DNA of 64,000 nucleotides, from contig NMRA01000085.1 of the NCBI GenBank assembly GCA_002633005.1, forward strand, positions 1 through 64,000. Reading direction: 5' to 3'. Made by a program: the position numbers and the translations under genes. A model generated the notes under the pieces. The model was not told where the DNA came from. It did not search any database and saw only the letters and a program-made list of their open reading frames with translations. Below are positions 37,786 to 51,554 of the stretch, one piece after another (the stretch's first letter is position 1; each line of letters opens with the position of its first letter). This DNA is from Phoronis australis (Eukaryota; Animalia; Phoronida).

Positions 37786-38062
37786 CTCATCTGCTTCGAG
37801 TGACAGTTCACTTTTATCGGCAGCCTCGTAGTCATACAAGACTTTGGCCTTACGTGAAGCCACCTTTGTTGATAGGCTACTGTGCGGTGACACCGTGGTT
37901 GGAGTGGAGGGCGATATGCACGGCCTGAACATTTTGCTAGTTGGCAGCATGCCAGCTGATCGCTGCAGGCTAAAGTCATCACTTTTTCTAAATACCTCAT
38001 CTCTTGGTGTCCTATAGGGTCTCTCGGGTTCTGAATAAAAACTGGGAGCAGGCTCGGGGGTG
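37786..38062 (-). CDS. SH3GLB1: Second copy of exon 9, probably the other haplotype duplicated by the assembly
   Basis: Same 277-nt exon with 5 substitutions, all synonymous. Lies inside the tandem duplication that abuts the N at 38971. Confidence 0.5.
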
Positions 38063-40124
38063 CTGAAACGGTTAGAACATCAACTCACCATCACCAACAT
38101 AGCATTAACTAGAAGGAATCATGAAGTTCCTTCAAATTCCAATAATAGCGAGAAAGAGAAGAGAGGAATTTTGTTCTTTTGATAAATTTGTCAAAATAAC
38201 CTCAACGCACGTCTACCAACAGGTAAGGACTATTTTGTGATAAGAAAAAATAAACAGGCTTATTAAAATGACCATAAACCCATACCGCTAAAACTTGGAA
38301 ATGAATGCAGAAGCTGGTTTGTGCCATTTGACTCCATAGCTGATGAAGGGCGAACTTATTAGTCTCAAATGCTAGTGTCTATTGTAAAATATTGAACAGA
38401 CTTTAAAGTATTTTATCACCTTCTGCATCATCTCATTTTATCTGGTCTCAACGGACAAATGACATTCTGAAAAATCAACTAACACGATTTTTTAATTTTC
38501 AATCAGATTATTAGTTTCATATTGGAAATTAAATGGAAGAAAAAGGGTAAAAGTGTCGACATACAATGAGTAATGTTCAGTACATTGCAACACAACACAC
38601 TGCTATTAGTACTGTTTCATTAAAAGTGAATTGAGACTTAAGACAGAAAATTGGTCTGGCGTTCCTACTTCATGGCTGCTGAATCCACATTTAGCCAAAT
38701 AAGGTCAATCTTAAAATAAGTTAGACAAATTACCTCAGTAACCACCAGTTACGTGCACATTTCCATATACTTTGCTTTTTTGCTCATGCAAAATTTACTT
38801 AATTTTTCCGATAGTCGTGTGGAGCAAAAGACCAAGTTTCGGTCTTCAGTCATAAGTCACGTTCCTGAAACGAACTCTTGGACAACGATAAGACAGTAGT
38901 AAGAGTTTGCCTTAACTTCAAAACAAATAAAAAGCAACATAACTGTCCACAAAAAATGACTGCCTAAATANGAAAAGAAATATCACTTGTAGCGCATAAA
39001 CAAACAAAGAACACTCGATGACAAAGCAACATACTTGAAGAAATTTCATTTCCCCAAATAACGTAGTTTGATCGAGTTTAGCCTGAAAGCTAACAGTTGC
39101 CATAGCAACTGCCTTCACCTCTGTGTCAATTCTTACCACAGTCTGTAAAAGTGCTTTGAAAATTCAGGGCACAACGCTTAGCATGACATTAACTCGCCAA
39201 ATGAGGTCTGGCAAATTTTTCAGGTCCCCAAATGAGAACTGAGGTCACTGAACACCGTTGGTAAAAACCGAAATTGAAATGAACAAGGTACCTGAATTGA
39301 AAAGCAAACAGAGTACAATTTGCAAAGCAGAAGGCAACAACAATTTTACGCACAGGAAGGTTTTTAAAGAAAAACGGTAAACCTTGGCCAGGTTGCATAA
39401 ACATTGAACCCTGGATAGCAGCAACGGCATCCCGTTACCACGAGCCATGTGGCCATATTGTTGAATGATGAAGTTGACGTGACGCAACAAGTTATCCAGT
39501 GGATAAACTGTAAAGAGTTATGCAACCCAGCCAAAAACTTATCTTATCATCTGGATAGCCTTTATTGTACTGTAGGCCTATGTATAAAAAACCTCTCATC
39601 ATGTACAATTAAGATTCCTTCCAGCACCACAACATATCATGCATTATCTCATATACCCGTCTCCCTACAGAGTCTACACAGCACGACAAAGTTTTACCAA
39701 CCCAGATGCCTAATCTGACGGTGCGGGAATATTTCCCTCCTCTGCCGGCTGTCCTTCTCTGAAAGCAGTGTGATGGTGTCAGAACAAGATTTCAAAAATG
39801 GTATTTACAAAATATAAGGCCAAGAAAAAGCAAAAAGAGCAGAAATTTAGTTTAAAAAGTGACTAATATAAAAATTCTTAAATCATTCAGGCAAACATTC
39901 AAACCAAAAGGCATAATAAAAACAGAACAGATTTGAAAAGAGAATTAACCTTTATTTTTTTACATTAGTATAGGTAAAACAAGCAAGAGAAAATTGTGAG
40001 AGTTCCTTTCTGGGTTTTACAACAAATTAACATTTCTGCTACATTTTTCTGTTTGATGGCCTTATATGTACCACGAGGTCAAGTAAGACAGAAATCCTAC
40101 TCTTTTCAACCTCCAATGTCTCAC

Positions 40125-40401
40125 CTCATCTGCTTCGAGTGAAAGTTCACTTTTATCGGCAGCCTCGTAGTCATACAAGACTTTGGCCTTACGCGAAGCC
40201 ACCTTTGTTGATAGGCTACTGTGCGGTGACACCGTGGTTGGAGTAGAGGGCGATATGCACGGCCTGAACATTTTGCTAGTTGGCAGCATGCCAGCTGATC
40301 GCTGCAGACTAAAGTCATCACTTTTTCTAAATACCTCATCTCTTGGTGTCCGATAGGGTCTCTCGGGTTCTGAATAAAAACTGGGAGCAGGCTCGGGGGT
40401 G
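40125..40401 (-). CDS. SH3GLB1: Endophilin-B exon 9 (linker + SH3 N-half), TPEPAPSFYSEPER...SRKAKVLYDYEAADKSELSLEADE
   Basis: Acceptor gtttcag|, donor GAG|GTGAGA, 277 nt, phase 2-0. SH3 ALYDY-type motif. Confidence 0.88.
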
Positions 40402-41350
40402 CTGAAACGGTTAGAACATCAACTCACCACCACCAGCATAACATTAACAGGAAGCAAACATGAAGTTCCTTCAAATTCCAATAATAGCCAGAAAGAGAAG
40501 AGAGGAATTTTGTTCTTTTGATAAATTTGTCAAAATAAACTTAAGTTTTCAACCTCAACGCACGTCTTCCAACAGGTAAGGACTATTTTGTGATAAGAAA
40601 AAATAAACAGGCTATTAAAATGGCCATAAACCCATACGGCTAAAACTTGAAAATGAATGCAGAAGCTGGTTTGTGCCATTTGCCTCCATAGCTGATGAAG
40701 GGCCGCACTTATTAGTCTCAAAAGCTAGTGTCTATCGTAAAATATTGAACAGACTTAAAAGTGTTTTATCACCTTCTGCATCATCTCATTTTATCTGGTC
40801 TCAACGGACAAATGTCATTCTGAAAAATCGACTAACATGATTTTTTAATTTTCAATCAGATTATTAGTTTCATACTAGAAATTAAATGTAGGAAAAAGGG
40901 TAAACGTGTCAACATACAATGAGTAATGTTCAGTACATTGCAACACAACACACTGCTATTAGTCATGTTTCATTAAAAGTGAATTGAGACTTAAGACAGA
41001 AAATTGGTCTGGCGCTCCTACTTCATGGCTGCTGAATCCACATTTAGCCAAATTATTATAAGCCAGGGTATCACAATCTTAAAATAAGTTAGACAAATTA
41101 CCTCTGAGTCAGTAACCACCAGTTGCGTGCACATTTCCATAAACTTTGCTTTTTTGCTCATGCGAAATTTACTTAATTTTTCAGATAGTCATGTGGAGCA
41201 AAAGACCAAGTTTCGGTCTTCAGTCATGAGTCACGTTCCTGAAACGGACTCTTGGACAACGATAAGACAGCAGTAAGAGTTTGCCTTAACTTCAAAACAA
41301 ATAAAAAGCAACATAACTGTCCACAAAAAATGACTGCCTAAATATCTTAC

Positions 41351-41413
41351 GGCTCCTCCGAGATGACCTCCTCTGGTTCAGGTTTGGGAGGAGGTATGAC
41401 CTCTACAACATCT
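41351..41413 (-). CDS. SH3GLB1: Endophilin-B exon 8 (Pro/Glu-rich linker), (K)DVVEVIPPPKPEPEEVISEE(P)
   Basis: Acceptor tttacatag|, donor CC|GTAAGA, 63 nt, symmetric phase 2-2, open frame. No recalled homology, so it may be a cassette exon. Confidence 0.7.
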
Positions 41414-41577
41414 CTATGTAAAGCAAGAGAAAGGGCTGTGACGAGTGAAACTTGGCCAACTTTATTGCATCAATATAAGTCATGTCACAGCGAACGTCTA
41501 AGCAGGGCTTAAGAAAGTGATGCATGATCATGATAAAATGATACCGTCACTGATGTGGTCTCATGAACGATAACGGC

Positions 41578-41722
41578 AAATGATAACAACGAACGATCAT
41601 GATGAATGATAACAATGAACAATCATGATGAATGATAATAATGAACGATCATGATGAATGATAACAATGAACGATCATGATCAATGATAATAATGAACGA
41701 TCATGATGAATGACAATGACAA
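41578..41722. repeat. 26-bp minisatellite, ~5 copies
   Basis: Unit ATGATAACAATGAACGATCATGATGA with variants. Confidence 0.9.
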
Positions 41723-41859
41723 CAGGATCAACGCAGAGCATTGAAATGCACCCACGAATGCGTGTGCTTTTAGTTGTTTATTTGTATCATTAAAATGGCC
41801 CCTAGATGCCGTAACTTGAAATATGTCGAATTCGTCTGAAAACCAAAAAAAATGTCATT

Positions 41860-42650
41860 GTTTCTTTAAAAGAAAGCCATTTACCAACTTTAATTAAAAT
41901 TAGCTGAGGAACTTCAGAGAAACAGAGGAAAACAAAAAACGAAATTCCCACTAGGGGGCACAGTGTTCATCAGATCCGTCTAAAAGTCATCTTCTCTACA
42001 CCTGCTAAATTTAATAAAGATCCTGCAGAGGGCTTAGAAGATACAGACCTGGGTGCAAAAAAAAAACAAAAACCGCCACTAGGAGGCGCCAGAGTAGTCG
42101 AAAACATCAGAAAATCATCGGCAAACGTCCCCTTCATAGAAAGTACATACATGCCAACTTTCACAATAATCGTTAGAGTTGTCTCGTTGACAGAGGGACG
42201 AACGCCACAAAACAGATTCAAAAACAACAAAAACGGCCACTAGGTGGCGCAAAAAACCTTGAATCAATCCGAGGATGAATGGCCAGTATCACCTCACTAA
42301 TGGATGTCTATGTGCCAAATTTTATGGAAATCCGTTGAGTACCTTAATTGAAGATACAGCGATAAATGTAAAAAACTAAACTGACTGCAACCAGTAGACC
42401 GATCTGTCCCAAAGTCGTCGTTGTCTGTCGTCAACTTTAAATAAATACATTTGCTAAATTTAATAAAGATCCTGTAGAGCGTTTAGGAGATACACCCATG
42501 GGCGCAAAAACAAACAAAACTGCCACTAGGAGGCACCACAGTAGTCGAAGTCATCGGAAAATCATCGTCAACTGTCTTCTTCATAGTAAGACCATACATG
42601 CTAATTTTCACAACCATCCTTAAAGTGGTTTGGTTGTTAGAGGGACAGAC
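41860..42650. repeat. Interspersed repeat made of diverged tandem subunits
   Basis: Repeated CCACTAGG(A/T)GGC.. and TGCTAAATTTAATAAAGATCCTG blocks (about 42003 and 42452). Similar to 14020-14348 and 17204-17415. Confidence 0.65.
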
Positions 42651-43714
42651 ATATCAAAGCACTTTACTGCAGATGACAAAACAAATTGTAACTGGTCGTG
42701 GGCTTTGAAAAAACACTTTACACAGGTGAAACTTTCATGCTTGTTAGGATGCTGTAACAAATTCTCTTTCTGGATTAAATTTCATTGGTAAATTTAAATG
42801 ACGGTCATTTTCACAGCTTAGGATGACTTAAAACAAAATTAGAGGTGACTTCAATATAAGACATAAGCATACAATCGATCTCAGCAAAGATTCTTTATTG
42901 GAACACAATATTGTCTTAAAGGTACGTAGGACCCTAGAAAAATTGCAAATTTTCGTATCATATCTTAGAAGTGGCTGATCAAATTCATATGAAACTTTCA
43001 GGTACTATGCTTTACGCATTGTTCCTCAAAATGCCATTAGGAATAAATGACTTTTTGAAATTTGACACTTTTAATGCACGAGGTGCCACGAAAATACGAC
43101 TCATACAATTTATATAGAAAAACCTGAAGTTGCTGAAAAAACAAAATAAAATGCTCCTTAACATAACTGTTATAGCAATTTTCAGATCTCTTTTTGATTA
43201 TCTACATCAATTCAAATAAAATGTGATCATTTTGTTGTTTTGCTATCAATGTACCTTTTTCTCTTTTTTGTTAAATTTTGCTAAAAAGACGTGTTTATAT
43301 GACCTGATAGATTCTTTTGGTAAAAAGTCAATATTTTTCAGGCTTTCTAAATTCAGAATATTTTATTGTCAGAGTTAAAATCTACAATATGCACTTTTCA
43401 ATAAGGTACTACATAAACTTAATACGTTTTGACTTCAAGAACAAACTAAGATGTTTCTTGGAAAGACCCCTGGTTTGTATACATTTTGCTGCAGGAAAAT
43501 CATAGGTAAAGATGCCAAGCTTTTCACGAATAACATTGATATCCACCATTCGTGTTGCAAGCGTGTTCTGTCAGCAAGCTCAGTATTCCACAGGTGTATT
43601 GCTTCTGTCTTAACAAGTAGAATACACAAGCACTCAAAAGAACACAGTAACAGTTCATTGTGTAACAATGGCTCCGGTAACCTCCTGGAATATACATAAA
43701 ACAAAATGACTTAC

Positions 43715-43815
43715 TTTCCCAAGAGTTTCTGCAAGTCCAGCAAGTAGGCATAACCCTGGGCATAGTATGTGGTTTGAGCTTCTATGAAGTCCCACAGGCA
43801 CTTGTAATGGTGTGT
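43715..43815 (-). CDS. SH3GLB1: Endophilin-B exon 7, THHYKCLWDFIEAQTTYYAQGYAYLLDLQKLLG(K)
   Basis: Acceptor tttcag|, donor AA|GTAAGT, 101 nt. End of the BAR domain. Confidence 0.92.
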
Positions 43816-45170
43816 CTGAAACACAAAACCGTATCATTTACTTTGTCGTAAGTAGGAGATAACCTTTCAAACACTAAAAAGACGTCCACGGCCATTCACC
43901 AAGCATTACTTTGAGAAACACAATTTGATCTCTATCAAGTAAGACTTGAAGTAGGCCTTTCAAGAACTAAATCTTCTTGATATCAGTTCAACCCAGACAA
44001 TACATATCTAGAAAAAAAGCAGTGTCGCGTAGCAAATAGCTAAGACACAATTAGGGTGATTATTTTTCCAAGCATGACCACTAGAGGGAGTATCATTTAT
44101 CAACATAAAACTGCCACAAGAGGGTACTACACTACATGGAAACATACTGTACCATAAACATGCTGGCTCTGTTTCAACACGATCTACTGGGTTGGTGGAC
44201 CCAACTAACTAAATTGCCAAAAGGGGATGTACAACAGCGTTATTTCCCGTTCCTTGTGACATTCAGTCTTCTAAAGATCATATCTGGTAAATTTCATGCA
44301 GGACCATCAAAGACCACTGCGATACTGAAGTGAACTCACACAGATTTTTACAAAAAATTGCGACCAGGGGGCACACATCAGCCCTCCTCTCCACAATAGG
44401 AATTCACACTATTTCAAAATTTCATGGTAATTCTCCATACGTGTTTGGTAGAATGGGAGGCAGATACCAAAAAGGAACCAAAAACCAGTAAAACGATCAC
44501 TAAGAGGTACAACACCAGTTGGGACTATTTGAAAATGAGCAGACGTTATTCTCTTCTCAACAACAAGAAACCTAATGCTAAATGAAGATAGATATTAAGG
44601 AAGACGCAAAGAAAACTAATGGTCAGGGCACATAGCTGTAGATGGATGCATTGAAAAACCCAACATTTGCTAAAGGTTTTTAAAAAGGCAAACATTCGCC
44701 AAGCACCATAACGATTGTTCCACCAGTCCTACACAGAGACATGAGCATTAAAACACACTAGATGTACATACAATGTTAGAAAACACACAGGTGATCACCA
44801 CTGATTAAAAATATGTCTACCAAGTTTTGGGTAAATCCACAAAACAATTAACACGGTAGATTAACAAGAATGCGTATTATAACTATAATAATGCCACGAC
44901 AGAATGGGAGAAACTGTAGTCAGATCACTCCAATGGCTTTCATACACTCCATCGTAAAGGAACACAACTACCGTACCATAAAGATCCTTCAAGAGGCTTA
45001 ACAGACACAGCGGCAGAGGCTGCACGGATATATAATGGCAATCTGCACCAACGTATTAAGTACATGTAGCCTCCTAAAAATCTCACTTTTGCTTTTAAGA
45101 TGAAAATACAAGCATAGTCGGACCATAATAATTCTTTTTAACTATCACTGTTTTCATATGTAATACCTAC

Positions 45171-45260
45171 GTGAGTACTAGCGATGCCCTCTAGTAGCAG
45201 TTTGGTGAGTTCTGATTGACGGTCAAACTCCGACTGTGCAATACGCAGGTCCTGCTCCGC
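45171..45260 (-). CDS. SH3GLB1: Endophilin-B exon 6, AEQDLRIAQSEFDRQSELTKLLLEGIASTH
   Basis: Acceptor ccatag|, donor CAC|GTAGGT, 90 nt. QSEFDRQ.E.T.LLLEG motif. Confidence 0.93.
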
Positions 45261-48200
45261 CTATGGAGAAAACATTTCAAACAAAGGAATAAGGAATAAT
45301 CATTACACCAGGTAAAGTATAATAAGAAACGTGCAGTTATTAGAACAAGAATTGAGAGCATGACAAAGTGAAGATTTTGTCGAGTCCAATTTGGCAGAAC
45401 GGCTACATTTCCAGGATAATATTGCCTTCAGTGTAATGAAACCCTCATGGACAGGCCAACTGCTTTTACGTCTCGCTAAAATCCCATCAATTCCTAACAA
45501 AAATCAATACTAAAATTGATTCTTTAATTTTTCAATGACTTCTAATATTGCTGTGGATGCTCGGGCACAATTTCTCAAAACACGATGTTCACTATAGTTC
45601 AGAATTAACGACTGGTGCGACGTATCTTTTTCGAAAAATCAAAAGGGGGAATTAGAGACAATCAGTGGAGAAGTGTTGGCACTCAGGGTGGACGCTTGAT
45701 GATGGCAACTGGGGACAGAATAAAAAGCAGTCGTGATTCGTAAAAAATTTCAAAAATACTGCCATTAACCACATTTTGTGAACCGTGACATTACCCCTCT
45801 TTAAGTCCCCACCCATGACAGCACAAACTAACATTCAAGAACATTGTCAGTTGTCATTGTCATTCACTTGTCTGTCTGGAATGTGGTAGTTGACAATTGA
45901 GAATAGTTGTGAGGAGAAAACTCAGCAAATGTCATAAAAGCCAAATTGCTACCAATGCCAACATTTTCAGTTGATTATTTAGGTGACATTAGTAGAAGAA
46001 ACCATAAACAGTTACAGAGATAACAGAATACATCTTAAATTCAACCTACCTAACTGCATTGTATACACAGAGCCACACCCAATATTAGTGAATTGTTTTC
46101 ATCAAACCTTTTACTAAATTCTATTTTTATGCTAATCTACATGCACCAAACAGACCAAAACCATTGTACTTCACAAAGAAGGGAGACTTTCATTCTTATA
46201 GAGGAAGTAACTTAACCAAAAATTTTGGAAGAGAGATGCTAAGCAATGGCTGCCCATACCACTAATGAAAAGTACCACAAACATTGGGTTAATACCTTGG
46301 AAGGTAAAATTGGCCAACTTGAACATCTGGGGAAGGGTGCTTAACCAGGCATGGGCATCTGGTTACATGTAGAGATAATCTGACTGGATCAAGTCAAGAT
46401 GGAGTGCACTTATTGGCTTATAAACTCAACGACTAAATCCGCGACACATATAGAAAAATAGGTCAGCCAAAAATGTCACGTGACCTCAGCAAGCCTGTCA
46501 CCTCACCTTCAGATGTGAACAAGGCAGATCTCGGCCCGTGAGAAAAGGCTGGTTCTTTTGAAAAATAAATCAGTTGTACAGTAGAATGTAATCACGTCGT
46601 TCACTTTAGTCTCAGTTAACTGTTAATTTCAACAATGGGGATGCTTTTAATGCATTGCATGAATTGAAAATCCTCAAAAGTAACGAGTTGGTGCCATAAG
46701 CCGTGCAGTGAGCGCTCAACTAGAAACTTTTAAAATGGTTGGGTGCATCCCTGAGCCTCGGCATTAACCCGAATGTTTACTGCAGAAGTACAAACCAAAA
46801 ACACGTAAACTAATATCAAATCCCATACCTTAATACAAAAAGATAAAATAATCCTGGGAAGATGAGCAAGATGTCACAAGAATGTTGCCGAGAATGTCCA
46901 ACCTTTCCACTTTCTATCTAGGGGAATGTTCACCCGCACAAGGTTTACTTAAAACATACGATGAGGTAAACTGTATACAGAAAGGAGTTTTAATATGGAA
47001 TCCTACTCAGGGCCTTTGATGCCTTAATTCTGGGGCCAGATATCAGCCTTGTTACCCCTCTAACAATGATTTAAAATCACACAAACCCTTGTCCTGAGTC
47101 TCACAAAATCTATGACTAAAAGATTTCTCTGAGATTAGAACCACTATTAACTCAAACAGACCCTCAATGTGAGGTCTTAATATATCATGCAATTAATTTT
47201 CACTTCCCACGTGTGCCCAGAAGCTATAGAAGACCCCATCAGATGTCACAGGCACCTTTGCCCTTAAATGAGCTAGGGACTTGATATTCAAGTTTGGCAT
47301 CTGGTTTCATTATAAAGGTCCTCAGTGTTTTGAGTTTTTCCATTGCGAAGTAATGCCCATGAGAAATCCTTACACAGATGCTATTACTGTTTTTGCACAC
47401 GAGTACGCCAATATCAGAATTTGCATGAGCCAAAAGAACTATTTATTATCTCCTTCAGTAAAGATCAGGAGAGACTGATAATTTCCCACCTGAATATGAC
47501 AAGCCTCAAAGGCAAGTAACGCGCGTACTCTTTGGGTGGGCAACAAGACAAGGATGGGTGTAAGCCCGGACAAAAACGGTGAAAACTATAGTGAAGACTA
47601 CATATGTTACATCTGTTTTGCCTCGAGGTCAACCTGTCCAGTGAACAACACCATTGGATAGAGGAAGGAAATGCCTGACATTCTCCAGAACACTTTCATG
47701 TACCAAAACTTACCTTGCTCACCTTTACCACACAATAATGAGGAACCTTTTCCATCCAAAGTGGCAAATAATTAAAGCAAAATAATGCACAGGTACACTT
47801 CTACAGAAGTTCATCAATTACCTTTGCAATCAGTTCCTTAGAGTCCTGAGACGGCAAAACAACAAATGAAACAATTAAAAGGTTAAAGAAGAACTATCAT
47901 GTTGATAGTGTCCAGTACATTAAATTATGATGCTGCTACTACGTGCATTAGCTGTGCTCTGAGCTTAAACATTGCCTGAGTCAATATTTTGGGCCTGAGC
48001 AGAATCCAAAGTTGAATTTTCAAAAATTAGGTCGATATTTGAAGTAGACAAAATTTCAACCCTCATGCCAACTGAGTTTCCAGCCTGTCCATTGACGTTT
48101 TTATGGGAAAAGATATCTGCAATGGATTGTGCGAAACCAGAGTAACTATTGATTTTCATGAAAACTACAAAAGTACTATTTTTACTAGGCTAGTCCTTTA

Positions 48201-51200
48201 TCCAAAAGTGGAATATTTTAAAAACAATTTCTTACGAAATATTGGAGAACAGTTCATAAAACATATGTGAAAGTTTCGTATGAATTTGATCGGCCATTTT
48301 GAGATATGATGTTCTGAAGTTGGCCAAATTCGGACATATTTCTGGAGTCCTACATAATCTTAAAGAAATCTCTGATTACCTTAAAAAACATAACTAACAT
48401 TTCCAACAAAATCAGTGCACAAATTAAAAAATGAAATAAATGTTTAAAAATCACTGCTGCTAACTAAACACGTGTGCAAGCAGTACGTCCAGGTGTATTA
48501 TGGGAGACCAGCACGGTGAAATCTCACTAATCTACGACACAATATGGCAGACAGGTGAATTTCATTTTTCCACTTTTATCATAAAAGATAAAAACAGCAC
48601 AAAATGAAAAATTTATCATTCTCGACTTGAATACTGAAGGTAACATCGGGCAAGAAACTCCGACATTTTCTTACCAAATATTCTAGAGCAGGCAGCACTC
48701 TCTAAGCATGGCAAACTCAGCTTACGTTTAGTGTATTGTGACGGGAAATTCTTGCATCTATTTTGCTGTTCAGTAGCAGACAACGTACTGCCGGAAGTAA
48801 AGCGAACTATGTCTGACAGGTGTCGCTAGTGAACAGTGATGTCACGGCTTATGCGTAAGATCACAGATTTCGTCCATTGAAAATATACAGAGTTGGCAGT
48901 CTATGTACTACAGTCTGTGCTTCTACCATTACTGTATGCCCACAACTTCAAACTAGCTTCACAGGAACCCGGAATGTAAATTGCAATTATCAGACATAGC
49001 AGACACCACAGCATGTCCAATTTCATTTTGAAAGCAGGTACAAAGTTGAAAGGTCACTACAACCTTATAACAACAGGAAATAATCTCACCAAATTTACAC
49101 TGACACAATATGGAAGACAAGTGAAAGTTTACTTTACTTTAAATTTTGTATCTTTTCATCGTTTTTAAGTTCGATATGATACAGACAATGTTTTACCGGT
49201 AAGAAATTATCGACATTGACAACAATCATCGTAGCCTGTATCCAACGCCAAAAGAAATTTTGTTTGTGGGTTCAACAGTGACATTATTCGAGGATTTTTT
49301 CAATTGATCGAGGGAAATGTGAGACAAATGAGTTAAAAATTGGTGAGTTCCTACCTCTTGGTGGAGACAAGTCCACCAAATTCCAATATAAATATCTTAA
49401 TCTCTGGTTTATTACAATAATTCTGGAACATTGTTGTCTTTTATTCAGCAGCATGGCTCATACACCAATTGTCAAGAGAGACTTTTGTCATTTTCTATTG
49501 TTGCGGAGTCATTGGCAAGTGCCTTGATTGCTCAGCTCTAAGATCAATGCTAGCGATATTGAAGGCTGATGTCACCTGTTGTTCTTGTACAAATCTAATG
49601 ACTGCATACAAGGTACCATGAAATGTGCCAAGTTATAACGCCAATAAGAGCGTAAAGGTACAGACATTATACGTCAGTCACATGACCAAAGATGTCAGTG
49701 TGCGCCCACATGAGCATGAAAGTTTTCAAAAAACGCACGGCTAATATTTTTTGGTCGAAAACAAGAAGTCAATGAAATTTGGGAGTAAAAATTTCATTTC
49801 TGTCTTTAATCGTGAGGATCAATATTTAATACTTAATGGTAAAATACCATCAATAAGACGCCAGGAGAGATGATGGTCTGACGGAATGAGCAGTTTTCTT
49901 TGCATAAGGTCCAGTAACAATACAGAGCTGCATTTCGCAAACACAAAGAACTCGCTTAAAGGCAATTTATCACACGATGCCTAGGCTGAAATAGCGTGCT
50001 GAGTGTACAAGAAACGACAGAATGATACGTGGCGCAAAGGGAGATATCGTGTCAAGTTTATCAGAAACAAAACCGCTTTCAACTGTTGCACTGCTGATTT
50101 GCCATTAGTCGAAAGTCAAACAATTAAAACCAGTCAGAGTAGATCAATGTGCAAATTGCTTCATTATATCGATAGCAGAAATTGATGTTTGAACGCTCCA
50201 TATCATTGCAACATCATATTTCCTTCATCGCTCTTGCCATAACTTTGACAAGAAATACGAATTTCGAAAAAACTTGTCAACTTTTCTTGAAAACCAACAG
50301 TAAATGTGGCCCCCAAAAAAATAACACGGAGTGCATCTTAAAGTCACTAATACAGAAATATGAACATAAAACAACACCGAAAAGCTAACTGAAAAAGTAT
50401 TAAAAAATGATTGTTTTCACAAAACAGACACAAAACAACAGGTAACGGCTGCAAACCTGGATAGACTCCTGTAGCGACTCTGTAGTCTGAGAGAAATCAG
50501 TTGTAGTAATGTGAGCAGACAATTCAAATAGTTGTCACTGCATCATACAACAAAAGTAAAGTACACTTTGTCTATTGCAAGGGCCTAGAGACTTTGTGTT
50601 AGCATAACGACTTGAGCATGACTTCGTATAACCTCAGAGCATACAGTACATAAGGTAAAATGTAAAACTTTATCAACAAGTCATCGTGTTAAGCCAAATA
50701 TCTACAAAACTAATTCTCAGTAAATTCTATAATTTCCTTTAACTCAAAACAGAATTGGATTTTTGAAGTTTATTAACCTTACTAGGATCCTAAACAATGT
50801 TTAAGCATGTCCCATGGCAGTAAGGACAGTACTTGCGACAGCCATGAATACACCAATCATCCACTTATTTCGAACGTTTCTCCGGATGTTTAACGCCGCC
50901 CATTACACAAAATATTTATGAACTGTACTGTACATTTGTAACATTTGAATGGAACATCTACTGCGAAGACTTTTCAGATGAGTGGTAATTGGTAAACTTA
51001 ACCGAACAATTCTGCATGTAACAAAATTTATTATGATAAATTCACCGATACTGTCCTTGTTCGTGTTCTCACTGTTGAGCAAATGGATACAAAGTATCAA
51101 ATATACATCACTGAAATCCACAACCCTGTACAACCCAACACCTGGGAAAAAATCCTCCACTCCTGACAATTCAAGCACATTGCATTGCATATGAACTCAG

Positions 51201-51461
51201 TATAAACAGAGCTTCTACAACATGCAGTCTGCAATATAGTAACAAAGTTTCATCCAAGGGCTAACTCACCACAACAATCTTTCATTTATACAAGCAAGTT
51301 ACAACATTACGAACTGTTTTTTCACACACAACTGTGCGCAACACCTCCAACAAGACAATGAACTAGCATGTAAACACACCGAGTACGAACACTATCATAG
51401 CAACGTACTTTCAGATTTTGACAAACTGGACAAAGGGCGAGAGATTTAATGGGACAATTAC

Positions 51462-51554
51462 CTGCCCTTGCGCTTGAGGGGACCGTGCTTTCCTCAGACG
51501 ACCCTTGGCAGCATCCAGGTCCAGTCTCTTTAGCTCCAAAATTCTCTTCTCTTT
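51462..51554 (-). CDS. SH3GLB1: Endophilin-B exon 5, KEKRILELKRLDLDAAKGRLRKARSPQAQGQ
   Basis: Acceptor tttctag|, donor CAG|GTAATT, 93 nt. KRLDLDAAK BAR motif. Confidence 0.92.

Larger units (their letters stand above)
36619..41344. repeat. ~2.35-kb tandem duplication across the N at 38971, probably an unmerged haplotype overlap
   Basis: 36619-38970 aligns with 38972-41344. The first ~940 bp look identical and the rest has scattered SNPs and small indels. The junction is exactly the N. Confidence 0.9.

Noticed and set aside
41578-41722. Regularly spaced short repeats as a possible CRISPR array
   Set aside because: The units are contiguous with no unique spacers, there are no cas genes, and the context is a eukaryotic intron.
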